Assembly: GCA_951406725.2 (NCBI GenBank) | Contig: OX597814.1 | Coordinates: 30,070,001-30,134,000 of the forward strand | Reading direction: 5' to 3' | DNA: 64,000 nt | Source of the DNA: Octopus vulgaris | Taxonomy: Eukaryota | Shown here: positions 1 through 14,800 of the stretch, one piece after another | How positions within the stretch are numbered: position 1 is the stretch's first letter | Layout: every line of letters begins with the position of its first letter | The notes under the pieces: generated by a model | The model's input: the letters and a program-made list of their open reading frames with translations, nothing else | Databases searched by the model: none | Told to the model about the DNA's origin: nothing | Made by a program: the position numbers and the translations under genes

Positions 1-1356
1 ACAATCTCAAATAGTTTCTTGTTTGCATCAAAGTGTTTGGTTTCTCATTCCTATTCAGAGCCATAGAATGAATCAAACATTAAATATTTAACCTTCACAA
101 AGACTGAATGTGTTTTACTCTCAAGTACATTTTTTTTAATATTCTTGTTGAGTCTGAAGGAAATGGTGAAGAAACACTTTAAAAAACTATAGAAAGTGTT
201 GTACAGTGAGTTCAAACCTTGAACCTTGTGGTCACAAAGCAAACATTTTAACCACACAGCCATGCTCTTAAATGTCTAATTTTCATGCTGCTGACAACTA
301 AGAATAATTTCATTTTCTAGTATTTCTTTTAATTATACCAACAAACCTACATATAAGTATGTTTACATAGAGATTCACTTGTTTAAAGACATCTGACCAG
401 TTGGCACAGACATGGCTGTATGGTAAGAAGCTTAAAGCAAAAACCTGTTGTGTGTGTGTTTGTGTATGTGTTTGAATGTGTGTGTGTTTGAATGCATGTG
501 TGTGTGAGTTACTGTCTCCTTACCTTGACATAGCATGATATTGTAAAACAGTCTCGCCATCATGCAGGCAGTATCCTTTGTTTATAATCTCTTCTACACA
601 ACAAATGTCATCCGATCCATGCAAACATGGAAAAATGGATGTTAAAACTACTGATTGTGACAGAGTCTGGATCAGTTAAAGAGCTTCAACTAATGAGAAA
701 CATATATACAAAGTTATCTCCCATGGACACTGATAACAACAATATTGACCACCAGCAAATATTGTTTCTCTTTTGCCAATATATCTGAATACACTTCAGC
801 TCTTCATTGTCATAATAATTAAATATGCTTTTGCCTGCTTAACTCTCTAAATTTCTGCTGTTCCTGATAATAAATGCATGATATTGTAATGTTTTACTGG
901 CATCTAAATATTTCTCAAGAGACACAGATACCATGTACAATAATATGATGGTAACAGCTGTAAGTTGTTAACTGTTGCATAATTGAAAATTTGTTTCCTG
1001 CTTGCCATCACAGCAGATATTACTCCAGTGTTATATCAAAAATAAATTCGGATTAGGAATATGTGTGTATATGTGTGTGTGTTCAGTGTCTTAATGTTTA
1101 TCATTTTGCATATGAGCACACATAAAATACATGCTTGTAGGCAAGTGTGTAGAATCTATTATATACTCCACACTCTCTCTTTCTCTCTCTCTCTCTCATA
1201 GATTGTTTTTGTTTATATTTTACACACACATAGACATAATGTAACCATATGTAAATATATATATATATACACACACATATGTACATATATTTGCACTTAT
1301 ATATATGCATACATATTTATACATGCACAGCTGCATACATACGCACACACAATCAT

Positions 1357-1388
<32 letters not shown>

Positions 1389-1627
1389 TCACACATGCAC
1401 ACACACACGCACACACATATATACACATGCATGCACATATATAAATATATTTGTGGTTCTGTATTATATTTTGATGGATGATAATTTGATAATACTTGTT
1501 ATACAAACACACACACACACACACACACACATACACACACACACACATACAAATCCACATATATACTTTGCCATGTTTTTCTTCTTGTCAATTTTTTTAC
1601 GTATTTTTTTCCTCTATTCTTTTTCAG

Positions 1628-1817
1628 TAAAAAAATGGTTGGTTTTTGGACTCTAGGAGATGTCTTCAAAACTGTATATTTTATTTTAAGAGCAGCGCCT
1701 GCTCAGTTTTGGATTTGTGGTGTCTTACAAATATCTATTGATTTGTCTATATTTGCACAGGTTTTATACTATGGGGGGTTTCAGGGCCGCATTATGTCCA
1801 AATCAGCGGTCAGCTAG
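1628..1817 (+). CDS. PQLC1: Terminal coding exon of a PQ-loop repeat protein (PQLC1/SLC66A2-like)
   Basis: Polypyrimidine tract and ttttcag acceptor (AG 1626-1627). Reads (S)KKMVGFWTLGDVFKTVYFILRAAPAQFWICGVLQISIDLSIFAQVLYY...AVS*, resembling the PQLC1 C-terminus (KMVLMWTSGDAFKTAYF..APLQF..CGLLQV.VDLAILGQ, recalled from memory). Upstream exons not seen in the window. Confidence 0.85.
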
Positions 1818-2082
1818 CCCAGACAATCTGGAAATGACTGTGGTGGAAGAAGCAGAACAACAACCAGAGAGCTAAACATGGTTATATTAATTTCTGTAAT
1901 TTCTTAAAATTGTTTGTTATTACTATGATTATTTTCATCATTATTATTATTATTATCGTTATTATTATCATGACTTGGTGCAATCTGACTGGCTTATGAA
2001 AGGTTGACATGCATTATCAACATGTAAGAATGAAAAGTATGATGTTATCAAATTATCTGTCAATCAATCTATCTCTGTGTCA

Positions 2083-2118
<36 letters not shown>

Positions 2119-2247
2119 TTCTCCCTATATATATATATATATATATATATATTATGTATATATATGTTTACATATCATTATCATCAACATTATTTTGTGT
2201 ATAGAAAATGTGTGTATGAATATATGCATAACGTATATATATTACAT

Positions 2248-2307
<60 letters not shown>

Positions 2308-2422
2308 GCATGCACACATGCAAATAGACTGATACGCACACTCAAAGGCATAAAGCTGTATATGTATATATGTATATATATATATATATATATGTATGTA
2401 TATATATATATGTATGTATATA

Positions 2423-2460
<38 letters not shown>

Positions 2461-2802
2461 CATGTATATGTATGTATTGCACTTTGAAAAGCATGGGCAA
2501 TATGGGGGAATGAATGACATTCTCTCAACTGTTTGAGGGCTGATGCAAGGGATTGCATATTTTATGACACTATATTTTGAATTTACAATATTACATTTAC
2601 TAAGAAGAAAAGCAGATGAAGCCACTTAATTGATGACATGTAGAAGCATTTTTGGAAAATCATCATGATGTTCAGTTTTTCTCATTATTATAGTGATTGA
2701 TTTTGATGCAATTGATGGCACATAGTGAATTGATATGCAAGAATTATCTTTATACCTTCTATTCTCAGATTAGTAATACCAATAATTAAGTATGCGTGTG
2801 TC

Positions 2803-2837
<35 letters not shown>

Positions 2838-3123
2838 ATCTGTTGCAATATTTTCTGTATCTGCCACTCTGATGATTGCAGTCTTAGGTAATAACCTATT
2901 TCCTTAATTCATGTGCGAAATGGATTGGTAAGATGGGCTATAATGAATATTTTATACTATAATTTATATATATATATATATACACACACAGACACATACT
3001 TATGTTTGTATGTGTATGTATATATATATATATATGTGTGTGTTCAGCAAAATTTAGATTCAGATGAATATGGTGCAGCATGAAACAATTGTACTACATT
3101 ACCTTGGATATCCTTGTTGCTTA

Positions 3124-3177
<54 letters not shown>

Positions 3178-3226
3178 ATCATACATATATATATAGTTAT
3201 AAGTGTGTGTGTGAGTGTATGTGTAA

Positions 3227-3263
<37 letters not shown>

Positions 3264-3666
3264 TGTGTGTTCAAACACTTGTCACTGGCCACTCTCAGTT
3301 ATTTCTCTTGTCTCATATTTTTAAGAATTAAGCAATTTACATAGACCATAAATATGTCCTACTGTTTTTTTCTATGTACAAGTCCCTTGACTACTGAAGA
3401 TAAAATTGGCTGATGATGCCTATTGATGCAGAAACACATGGCCACAACTGTCCTTTTCTCCAATGACATGTCATTCTTGAGGAAATTCTTGATTCTTGAG
3501 ATTATCTCCCCTTTTCATCTGGAGCTGGTTTTAATTACCATTTTAAAATTATGATACATTCTCAAGAGGTGGAAATAATTTCAAGAAATCAAAAATTTAC
3601 AATGTATGGTATTTGATATATATGTATTTGTGTGTGTATGTGTGTGTGTGTGTGTGTGTGTACATA

Positions 3667-3715
<49 letters not shown>

Positions 3716-3730
3716 CGATATATATTTAGG

Positions 3731-3779
<49 letters not shown>

Positions 3780-3867
3780 ATGTATATCCCCCTCTGTTCG
3801 GCATTCGCCATAATAGATCGCTTGCCACTACACATTTTTATTTTCTCTTCTTGTTTCTTTCTGTGTT

Positions 3868-3905
3868 CCTTTCTGTGGAAGAGCATAGGCTTGAAACATT
3901 AAAGA
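3868..3905 (+). ncRNA. Degenerate minimal hammerhead-ribozyme-like motif (Penelope-like terminal repeat)
   Basis: cttt-CTGTGGA-a-gagc atag gctt-GAAA-catt-aaag: helix I cttt/aaag, helix II gagc/gctt. Same family as 63714-63751. Confidence 0.5.
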
Positions 3906-3996
3906 CTTTTTCACTTCTTGAGCATTAAACTAATACATCTGTTTGTTGTCTACACCATCTGTCTTTGTCTTTTGTTTTTTTTTTGTGAATTCTCCC

Positions 3997-4047
<51 letters not shown>

Positions 4048-6140
4048 TTATCATCATCTTTTTACATCAGCCTTTCATGCTGGCTTGAGATGGACGAGTC
4101 AGTTCTTAGTGGTAGTACAATTCCCTTAGCCTAGTGTTCATAAGTGTCATTTAGCTTGCTTTCTATGACTGGATACCCTTCCTATTGTCAACCACTTTAC
4201 AGAGTGTACTAGGTATCTTTTCTTATGTTACCAAAACAAGAGATTTTGAACTAAGGGACTTCATAATCTTATGTATGTTTTGCATATTTTCCAACTGGTT
4301 TTTAGTGTGTACTTGGTACATTTGTCACACTATCACTCAAGAGACTGTCTCATTCACCAGTCACTCTTGGTGGTGTGTAATTTGTTGGCTTTCCATTATG
4401 ACAGCAATACAAGAAGAAAGTCATGCCTTGTACATAGGGAAAGGTAGAGAGTATTCAGTGAGCTAAGACATGTTGGCCAAAGAGGGGAAATAGGAGATAC
4501 AATAATGCCAGCAGTGATGCTAGAAGTGGGGGTAAGGGGAACAAGTGTTTAAGTATAGAGTCAACTCAATAATCTTGGGTCAGTAAATTTGCTCAAATTA
4601 CCAAAGAGGGGAGTTATGATATCAGAAGGACTTGTATGCCTGGCTGAATGATGGAATAGTGGTATGATGTAAGTGGCCGGGTTGTTCAAGGAGGAGTTGT
4701 GTAGGGAGTTATTAGGAATAGGTGAACAAAAATAAGAGTGAGTGATGGAATAAGATAAGGATATGTGATGGGTGGCAAAAACAAGTAGCCCTGAGGAAAG
4801 GAGAAAGTAATGAGGGTGAGAACGATAGCTAATCACAGAGGACCGTAGTTTGAGTGTATTGTGTACAGGTTGAGAGTGGCCCATAACAATCTCTTTTATG
4901 TAGACCTAGTGGAGGGATGAGGTTGGATCAGTGCAGTTTCTTATACATTGATTTATTGAAGGATAGTGAGGGTGTTCAAAAGATGTAAGATATAAGCATG
5001 TATGTGTACAAACACACACACACACACGCACGCACAATATAGTGCATGGTGATCAAGGATGGGTCATCAATGACAAATATGAGTGGAGAAGATGATGGTA
5101 AGAATGTTGATCTCCTTGTCATCTGTTCTGTGAAGCTCAGCATCCTAAGATCAGTCTTCAACATTTCATCCCATATATTCCTGGGTCCCTCTTCCACAGA
5201 TTCCATCTACTATAACAAATCACCTTTCTTTATAGAGCTGTCCCTCATCCATAAGTACCATATGCCCCATTTCAATGCAGTATTTTCTGTTGAACACCAT
5301 ATCTGACACCTCTTATGCTCATTTTGTTTTCTTTCAACACATTTATACTCTGTCATTCATTACATGAACATTACATATCCATTGGTACAAGCTATTTTAA
5401 TTTCTTTCTTGTCTTCGCTGGTTCTCTGCATTCAGATCTCATGTCTCACTACCAAATAAGCATTGCAGTTCTTTAAATGTATATCAGCATGATTTAACAT
5501 CTATTTTCCATGCTGGCATGGGTTAGATGGTTCAACAGGATCCATCAAATCAGAGGTCTGTGTAGTGCTCCAATGTCTGCTTTGGCATGGTTTCTACAGC
5601 CGTATGCCCTTCCAAATACAAATCACTTTATAGAGTGAATTGGGTGCTTTTCTTTTCATGGCACCGCCACCACCACCACCACCACTGATGTCACCATGTA
5701 ACATGCAAGATTAAGGCGCCCCTTGACTGAGTGGTTGTGGGGGTAAGGAGGGAAGCAGCTTTAACGCTAAGTATTGAGCTGGTAAAGCATGGAAGAAGGG
5801 ACAGGAACAAGATTCATACTGTAGAGGAGAAATATGGCTACTTCACATTATATAGGAGTGCGTGATAGTAATTGGAGTAGAACTGGAAAGGGAGTTAAAG
5901 ATGGTGGTATTGATGTGTTAGAATGTGCCTTCAAGTTATAAGAAGGGGAGTGGAAGATTGGGGGACAGAGGATTAAGAATAGTGGGTCGGTAAAAATAGA
6001 GGTTGTAAGAGTGTATGAGTAAAGTGAAAAATATTGTGACATAGCTTCGGCATGAATGTATATTTATTATTTATCACATCATATAAATATATGCATAGAT
6101 ATCTCACGTCATGCCTATCACGTATAATATACACATAGTA

Positions 6141-6372
6141 TATTTCTTTACTACCCACAAGGGGCTAAACATAGAGGGGACAAACCAAGACAGACAAAAG
6201 GATTAAGCCGATTACATCGACCCCAGTGCGAGACTGGTACTTTATTTATCGACCTCGAAAGGATGAAAGGCAAAGTCGGCCTCGGTGGAATTTGAACTCA
6301 GAACGTAATGACAGACGAAATACCGCAAAGCATTTCGCCCAGCGTGCTAACGTTTCTGCCAGCTCACCGCCT
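6141..6372 (-). mobile_element. tRNA-derived SINE, family A
   Basis: Head ggcggtgagctggcagaaacgttagc...gagttcaaattcc (B-box) and tail gggtagtaaagaaa; near-identical copies elsewhere in the window. Confidence 0.85.
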
Positions 6373-6848
6373 TTTATATGCACATAATATACACACATGC
6401 ACACACACACACATGTGAATGTGTGCCTGATTATGTAATTATATGTAGTGCTCAGCTGCTTGCATGTTAATTTCATGAGTAAATTGTTTTGTTGTTCAGC
6501 TCAACTTGAACCCTTGTTGTTGTAACCAACAGAATGCCAGTTATGTGTATGTTTGTGTCTCTATGGCTTGACATCACATGATAGTTATAAATGAGTGTCA
6601 CGATCATACAACCAGTTTCCTTTGTTTCTCATTTTCCATGGAAACATATCTGGTTATGGAGAACTGTTAGAGGATTATTACCTTGAAGTGGGCATCGATG
6701 ACAGGAAGGGCGTTCAGTTGTAGAAAATCTGCATCGTCAAATTCTGTCTGACTCAAGAGAACATGGATAGGTTGGACATTGAAACAATGATGATAATAAT
6801 GACTCTATATTTGCAGATTCATAATATGTAATGCCTATGTTGTGTGTA

Positions 6849-6889
<41 letters not shown>

Positions 6890-6961
6890 GTGTGTGTGTG
6901 TTTGTATGTGTGTGTATATATATATATATATATAATAAAATATTAGGGAATAAATCTCTAA

Positions 6962-7008
<47 letters not shown>

Positions 7009-7136
7009 GGATAATAAGGATTATAGAAATTTTTTATTACCAATGGCCTAGCACAAAAAAGTTTAGTCAATAGACTATATATTATTCATATAAAATATCA
7101 TGTACATTAAATGTGTTTTAATGTACACAATATTTT

Positions 7137-7158
<22 letters not shown>

Positions 7159-7168
<10 letters not shown>

Positions 7169-8379
7169 GGGTTAAATTTGACAGTTTGCATAAATGAAAA
7201 TAAACACAATATCCCATCCAAAAGTAAAAGTATTTATAAAAAAAATATCAACTAGATTATGGCTGGGAGATGACAATTTACTCAAAGTAGCTACCCTCAG
7301 CTTCTACTACAGCCTCAAGGTGGCTCTGGAACCTGGTACATTTATTCCTCACTGTGTTCCTAGGGAGATCTTCAAATACTGCCTTGATCCCGGCCATAAG
7401 CTCAACCTCAGTTTTATAAGCAGAACAGTTGGTGTCTTTTTCAACAATGCCCTACACATAGTAATCCATGGGATTACACTCAGGGGAATTAGGAGGCTAG
7501 AAATTGGGGCTGGTAGAGTTATAGAAATTCTCCAACAACCACTTGTTACTCTTTCCAGAGGTATAGCAAGGAACTGAATCCTGCTGCTACACATATGGTC
7601 TTCTAGCAGCAACCATCTCCTGTCAGGGTTTGATCACAGTCTCTAGTAGTTTCACTTTGTTGTTTGTTTGTTCCTTCTCGAGCCATGCCTGGCTCATAAG
7701 GGCCGGTTTCCTGGTTTCCTTGGCGTATAGGTTCCCCACCTGGACAGGACGCCGGTCCGTCATAGGTGAGCTGCAAGATGCAGGAGGAAAGAGTGAGAGA
7801 AAGTTGTGGTGAAAGAGTCAGTAGAAGTTCTCCATTACCTTCTGCCGGAGGTGCGTGGAGTTTAGGTGTTTCGCTCATAAACACACACATCGCCTGGTCC
7901 GAGATCCGAACCCGCGATCCCTCGATCACGAGTCCGCTGCTCTAACAACTAGGCCATGTGCCTCCACAGTTTCACTTAGCCATCTGAATTGAGCCTAAGA
8001 TTCTGTTGAAAGATGTAGGGCACTATGATGTTACTCTCACTAGAGACACATGCCTGCTGTGTCCCTTCTTGTTGGCCCCATGGCTTTGTAGTCTCTGCTG
8101 CAGTTGTCTGTGTCATGTCTTACAACCTTTACAGTATTCACAGAGTATTTGAGTCGCAGTCAAAATGTTGACATTTTGATACCTGGTGTGAATCATCATA
8201 AAAGAGGTAACTCTTTTCCAATATTCAGGTGGCTTCCAGTCCTCCATGTCAACCAATTTATTTTCAACTACAACTTTAATCTTTATGCTCCCCATCATTT
8301 TTTACTATTCGCCAATACATCAAGCTGTTCTTAATAAAAGGAGACAAAAATAATCTCCAGATTTAACCCAAAAACCCTG
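7159..8379 (-). mobile_element. Internally deleted Tc1/mariner-superfamily element (maT/DD37D-like) with a nested SINE
   Basis: TIRs aaggtatttgggttaaatttg / cagatttaacccaaaaaccctg. The minus strand holds decayed RPYV*QQDSVPCYTS...*PPNSPECNPMDYYV* motifs. Confidence 0.75.
7700..7967 (-). mobile_element. tRNA-derived SINE, family B, inserted in the maT-like element
   Basis: Head gtggaggcacatggcctagttgttagagcagcggactc...gggttcggatc; homologous to 23712-24093. Confidence 0.8.
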
Positions 8380-9668
8380 CATATATAAAATAGTCACTAA
8401 TGCCTACAAGTAATAGAATAAAAGAAATAATGGAAGCTGAAAATGCACTGAGAATGTATAAGAATGTTTATTTATATTAATATTAATACACTTAACCGGT
8501 TTCACATTTGTGTGATTTTCGAAAGTGTAAGCTTTGATGGATTACTTGCAGCCTATACAGTTTGTGACCCGGCTCTGCATACAAATCATGCAAATATGAA
8601 AATGATCAAGTGTGTTAATCTTAATATAAATCTGTATACACATTCTCAAAGCATGTTCAATGTCTTTTATTTCCTTTATACATACATACACACACACACA
8701 CACATAAACACATATATACACACAAATACACATGCACGTGCATGCATACACACACATTGACAAACGTACATGTTTGTGATGTGTAATATGTTTGTAGTCA
8801 ATCTTACTGTTTGTCTGGTCTTATTTATGTGTGTGTGTGTGTGTGCATTTGCATGTATATATGTTTACAAGCATCAAAATATTTAGAATTGTTAAAAAAG
8901 AAGAATTGTACAAACTTCTCTTTAGCTTATTTGCCAGCTAATGTGTATTATCCTATTATACTATTCATGCAGGTTTCTATCTCATCAGATGACCTTCTCT
9001 CTGCATTTTGTCTTGGTGATCAATAATGGTATTTTAACCTTTTATTTAGTGATTTATTTATTAGTCCTGCTCCCCCCAGAAAAAATAATTGTTTGTTTAT
9101 AATAATTATGATGAGTACAAAACAAAAGCAAAAGAATAACAATAGATGGTTGGTGGAGTGACTAAATGGGTCGTGCCAACCTAAATGCCTTGAAGCATTT
9201 AGTTCCTTACCTTCATTGTCAGAATTCAATTCCTGCCAGAGTAGACTTTGCCTTTCATTCCTGTTTTGGTGGGGGATTATTGATAATGTAAATACCAGTA
9301 ATATGTGCCAATGTTAGAAATCAAATTAAATTGATAATTGATTATTGGTTTAATAAAATACCAAATAAATAGATATTATTATTATTCGTGAATTTTGTTT
9401 GATTTTTGGCTGACCACTAAGTTTATGGGACTAATATTTTGTCTGAAATTCATCAGCCATAAACTAATTGTAAAGGCAAAGTCAAATATATAAAACTTTG
9501 GTTATGTCTGTCTCTTTACAGAAATGTGTATTATATGAAAGGCATTAGCAATTATTATTGATAGAGTGTATAAATTGATAACATCCTGAAAAAGTAGAGG
9601 CATACTTGGGATATTTTTTTGTACCCTAGACTAATTTCATAACCTGCACCATTTCGTTTTTTATCATT

Positions 9669-9669
<1 letters not shown>

Positions 9670-9705
<36 letters not shown>

Positions 9706-10273
9706 TATATACATATATATATTGATATATATGGATATATAAATATATATGGATATATAGTAATATATCTATATTAATATATATATATATATAATATGTG
9801 TGGATATATATATGTATGTAAATATGTATGTATATACATATATATATAAATATGTATATATGTATATACATATATATACATATGTATATATATATACATA
9901 CATGTATATATATATATACATACATGTATATATATATACATACATGTATATATATATACCTACATGTATATATATATACATACATGTATATATATACATA
10001 CATGTATATATATATACATACATGTATATATATATATATACATACATGTATATATATATACATACATATATATATATATATACATACATGTATATATATA
10101 TATACATACATGTATATATATATATACATACATGTATATATATACAATATATATATATATATATATATACATACATGTATATATATACATGTATATATAT
10201 ATATATATACATACATGTATATATATACATGTATATATATATATATATATACATACATGTATATATATACATA

Positions 10274-10319
<46 letters not shown>

Positions 10320-10323
10320 CATA

Positions 10324-10355
<32 letters not shown>

Positions 10356-10655
10356 TATATATATATACATATATATATATACATACATATATATATATAC
10401 ATGCATATACATACATACATACATACATATATATATATATGTATATACATATGTTTGCATATATGTATATATATATGTATGTATATATATATATATGTAT
10501 GTATATATGTATGTATATATATATATATATATATGTATGTATATATGTATGTATATATGTATATATATATGTGTGTATGTGAATATATATATATGGATTG
10601 ATATGTATGTATATATATGTGTGTATATATATATATATATGGATGGATATGTATG

Positions 10656-10710
<55 letters not shown>

Positions 10711-10784
10711 GGATGGATATATATATGTATGTATGTATATGTATGTGTACATATGTATTTATATATATGGATATATTTTAATAC

Positions 10785-10828
<44 letters not shown>

Positions 10829-11223
10829 ACATATGGATATATTTTAATAAATATATATATATATACATACCTATATGGATATATCTTTATATATATATAC
10901 ACACATATATACAGATATATATTTATATATATATATATGGATATATATTAATATGTGTGTGTGTGTATGTATATATATATATATATGTTTGTTTTGTAAT
11001 GTGCAGGAACTATGTTAATCTTGTGCATGTTCATTTCTTTTGAAACCGCTGCAACCTGGACAGTTGCCCTATCATTTTATCATATGTGTGACCAATGTCA
11101 TAAATTGCACAATTTGATTTTTCCTATTACATATGTGTGTGCGTACATTGTATACACGCATGTATTTATATATAAACAAATGCATGTGCACACACACACA
11201 CATATAAGTGTATATAATGTGCT

Positions 11224-11263
<40 letters not shown>

Positions 11264-11279
11264 CGTGTGTGAAGATGTG

Positions 11280-11320
<41 letters not shown>

Positions 11321-11523
11321 GTGTATACATGCGTTTATATGTATGTGTGTGTGTGTGTATATGTGTTTATATGTATGTATGTGTGTGTGTGTATATATAT
11401 ATGTATATGTATATATATATATGTGTGTGTGTGTATATGCATCTATATATGCATACATATATATATTACATATGTATATATGTGTGTGAGTGTGTATATA
11501 TATATATACATACACACACACAC

Positions 11524-11562
<39 letters not shown>
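9670..11562. repeat. About 1.9 kb compound (TA)n/(TACATG)/(TG)n microsatellite array
   Basis: Directly visible; source of the many YI/HT/VC ORFs. Confidence 0.97.
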
Positions 11563-11565
<3 letters not shown>

Positions 11566-11859
11566 ACCTATATTATTCCTTTGTATACACCTCACTCCAA
11601 ACTGCTGAGGCCTGGGCTCTTGCCCTCTTAACCTATCCCATGTATGGCCTTGTATGGACAATTTTGTTGTATATTTTGCTTTTGCCTTATGCCTTACTTT
11701 CTGTGATTTAAAGGAAATGGATGCCTTTATTTTATTTTGTTATTTTTATTTAAAATATGGCTGCAATTATTATTATTATTAACATTTATGTTAATTCCTT
11801 TCCACTTTGAGTTATATAATCTTAAGTTTCCTTTTTTTAAATTTTGTGTGAGTAACTTA

Positions 11860-11897
<38 letters not shown>

Positions 11898-14800
11898 TTG
11901 TATTGGTTGTTATAATTGAGGCAAAAAATTAATCTCATATTAGTAGCTTAAACAAAAAATATTGTTCTATAATTAATTTTAGGTGCATATATTAGATAAT
12001 ATAATTAATATTTAAATGATAATGCCATTTAATCAAACATAATATTTATCTGTATGGTGCTATTTACATATATAAGATATATTACTCATACCTATTATAA
12101 TTAGTGAGGAACTAATAATTTGTCTGAAATTGATGATAAGGTATTTGATTTTATTTTCTATTTCTTTAGGACAGCTAATTTTACTTAATGATTAGATCAT
12201 AAAATAAATAACTAGGTAATAGTTTTGAAATTAATATAAAGTATTGCTTTTCGCAATTCTTACTTTGAAATGTAACATTTACATTTGTTGCTTGTTTGAT
12301 AAAATCTGTGGAAGTATGAACTGTGCTGAAACCAAATATTCATAGTAATTATTTGAAATTTAATCACAGGTATGTAGTTTGTAAGGACAGTTTTAATCTA
12401 CATACAACAGCAGTGGCCTTAAACTCTAGCTGTTATTATATGTAGGAAGAACTAAACAGAATTGTAGCCATAAGATAATTGAAATAATTTTTTTTAAAAG
12501 AAATTTTAATTAATAAGACAATACTAAAATAGTTTAAGTATTGAAAATCTGATTTTGTTTCCAATATTGATTATTTAATTATATTTAAGGAAAATCTTTT
12601 TATGTTTGATTGTAGCATAAATGTTTGTTATTCCATTTCATTTTGAAATCAAATCTTCAGCTATTTAATTCATAAAATGAAGAAAATGTTAGTTTTTATT
12701 ATTTTATGTTTTAACCATATTAATTTCTGCCTAATTTTGAAGTTAATTTTTTGAATAATTTACAAAATGCAATCATGTAGATATTCCAGTCTAATCTCAG
12801 ATATGTTTTATTAAAAATATATTTGGCTTTGTCAAAACTCATATAATTTTCCACATATAAACCATCAGTTTATCTAAATAAGTAGGTTAGAAGAAATAAT
12901 AAACAAATTCTTTGTGGTAAACAGCTTAAACTTTATAGGAATAATATTCTTAAAATTATTCCCATTTTTAAAAAAGTATTTATGAATGAATTTGCTCATT
13001 ATTATCTTAATGGCTACATGTTAAAAGATGATGCTTATAGTTATAATAATACTTAAAAAATCTCAAGTAAATAATAGCTGACACAACTTATATATAAATA
13101 ACAAAAAATAGCCTTCAAAATAATAACAAATAAGCACACTGATACTGATATTATAAGATAGAGTGTATGTAAAAACTGAACGTTACAAACTGTCTTCTAG
13201 ATCATTAATCCGAATTTTTGCTATGAGTCTTTCTGCAGAGCTTGCCAATCATAGAAAAAAAATAATGTTTGACATAGTCCTCAACAAACAACGTTGTGGT
13301 ATAGTTATGTTTTGCAAAACTTTACACCTTATAAGGGACACCTTAGTCATTTCAGGGGAATACAGTTGAAATATCACTTAACCAATTGCATGAAAAATAT
13401 TCTTCACTTTGATAAATCTCTACACAGCTTTTCTCTTCACATGAACAATTTTCCAAACAGGTTTTTTTGCACTGGTTCCTATCTTGATCTATTTTCATTT
13501 GAATTGGTTAACCTATGCAAATATTCTTTATGCCTATCTGTTGTTTACAATAAACAAGTAAATTTCAGAACAACTCTATGTAATAATTTTATATGGCTAG
13601 ATATCTTTTTATGTAACAAAACAACGATTTTAAGCATTTATTCTCTCTCACTTGGACCATGACCCTTATACAATGACTATCAACAAATAGTCATTTTTTT
13701 CTCTTCATATAATTGCAGTTTCACATTTTATACATTTTTTATTTTTCATTTTTTTTTAAAATTATTGTTTTCAAATTTAAATCCATCACCTTGCTGAATC
13801 TTTTATTTTTAGTCATTATGCTGCTGAAGTTTGAATCTTCATAGCTTGACAGCATCTTGTTCTGTTGACAGGTCTTTTACTATGTAGAAACCATTTTAAT
13901 GAAATTATTGTCACTCATGTGACACTGGGAAATATAATTACTCTGTTAATAAGAAAAAGAAGAAAGAAAACAAAAGAAATATGAAATACACATTTTATGG
14001 CATCAGTCATTCTTTGTTATCAGGACAAGGTCTGGTTGAAGTAGCCATAGAATGATTGCCTTTATATAATTTTGGTTATCACAATGTATTTAGATGTTTA
14101 TAATAAAGCATCTTTTGTTATGACATTAACTATTAATACATTTACCCAACACACTGATATTGGTTATGACAGATGTGTTTACACCAATAAATTTTTTATT
14201 ACCACACATAATATGACACCTATTCTGCTACATCTTTGGTTGCCATGAATATATCAAATGGCTATTTGGATACACTTTTGGTTATATTGTTAATGTATTA
14301 ATACTGATATACCTTTAGTTATCATAGAGGTAATAAAATGGTCAAACAAATGCCCATATGTTTAGCATGATTCTTATAAAGATTGTTAGAGCAATACAAC
14401 CTTAATGACCTCATGTATATTAATTTGATTGCCATAAAGGTATAATGATGGTTACATTGATACGTCTTCAATTGCCATTAATGTATTATCAAGTCATTAC
14501 ACTCATACCACTTTTTTGATAATAGATAGATACAAACATTAATGACACACATATTTATACACACACACACACATATATAAATCACATGAACACGTACATA
14601 CCGACACATTCACACACAAGAAGTTTTTTAATGCATCAACAAACCAAACATAGATATTGTAGCTTCTTGCAGATGAGGAAAGGTTGTGAGTTTACTTCTC
14701 ATCTTGTATGGGCTGTGTAAGGTTTATGGTTAATCTTGATGTGCAGTTCTTAAAATGAAATATTTTCACACACAAACATAGACTCACATGCACAAATACA

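Noticed and set aside
9671-11661. Long ORFs up to 359 aa (also at 1100-3900, 48533-49302, 58758-59690)
   Set aside because: They are translations of TA/TG/TACA microsatellites that lack stop codons; no coding signal.
14005-14525. CRISPR-like repeat/spacer appearance
   Set aside because: Eukaryotic context, highly degenerate repeats, irregular spacing, no cas genes.
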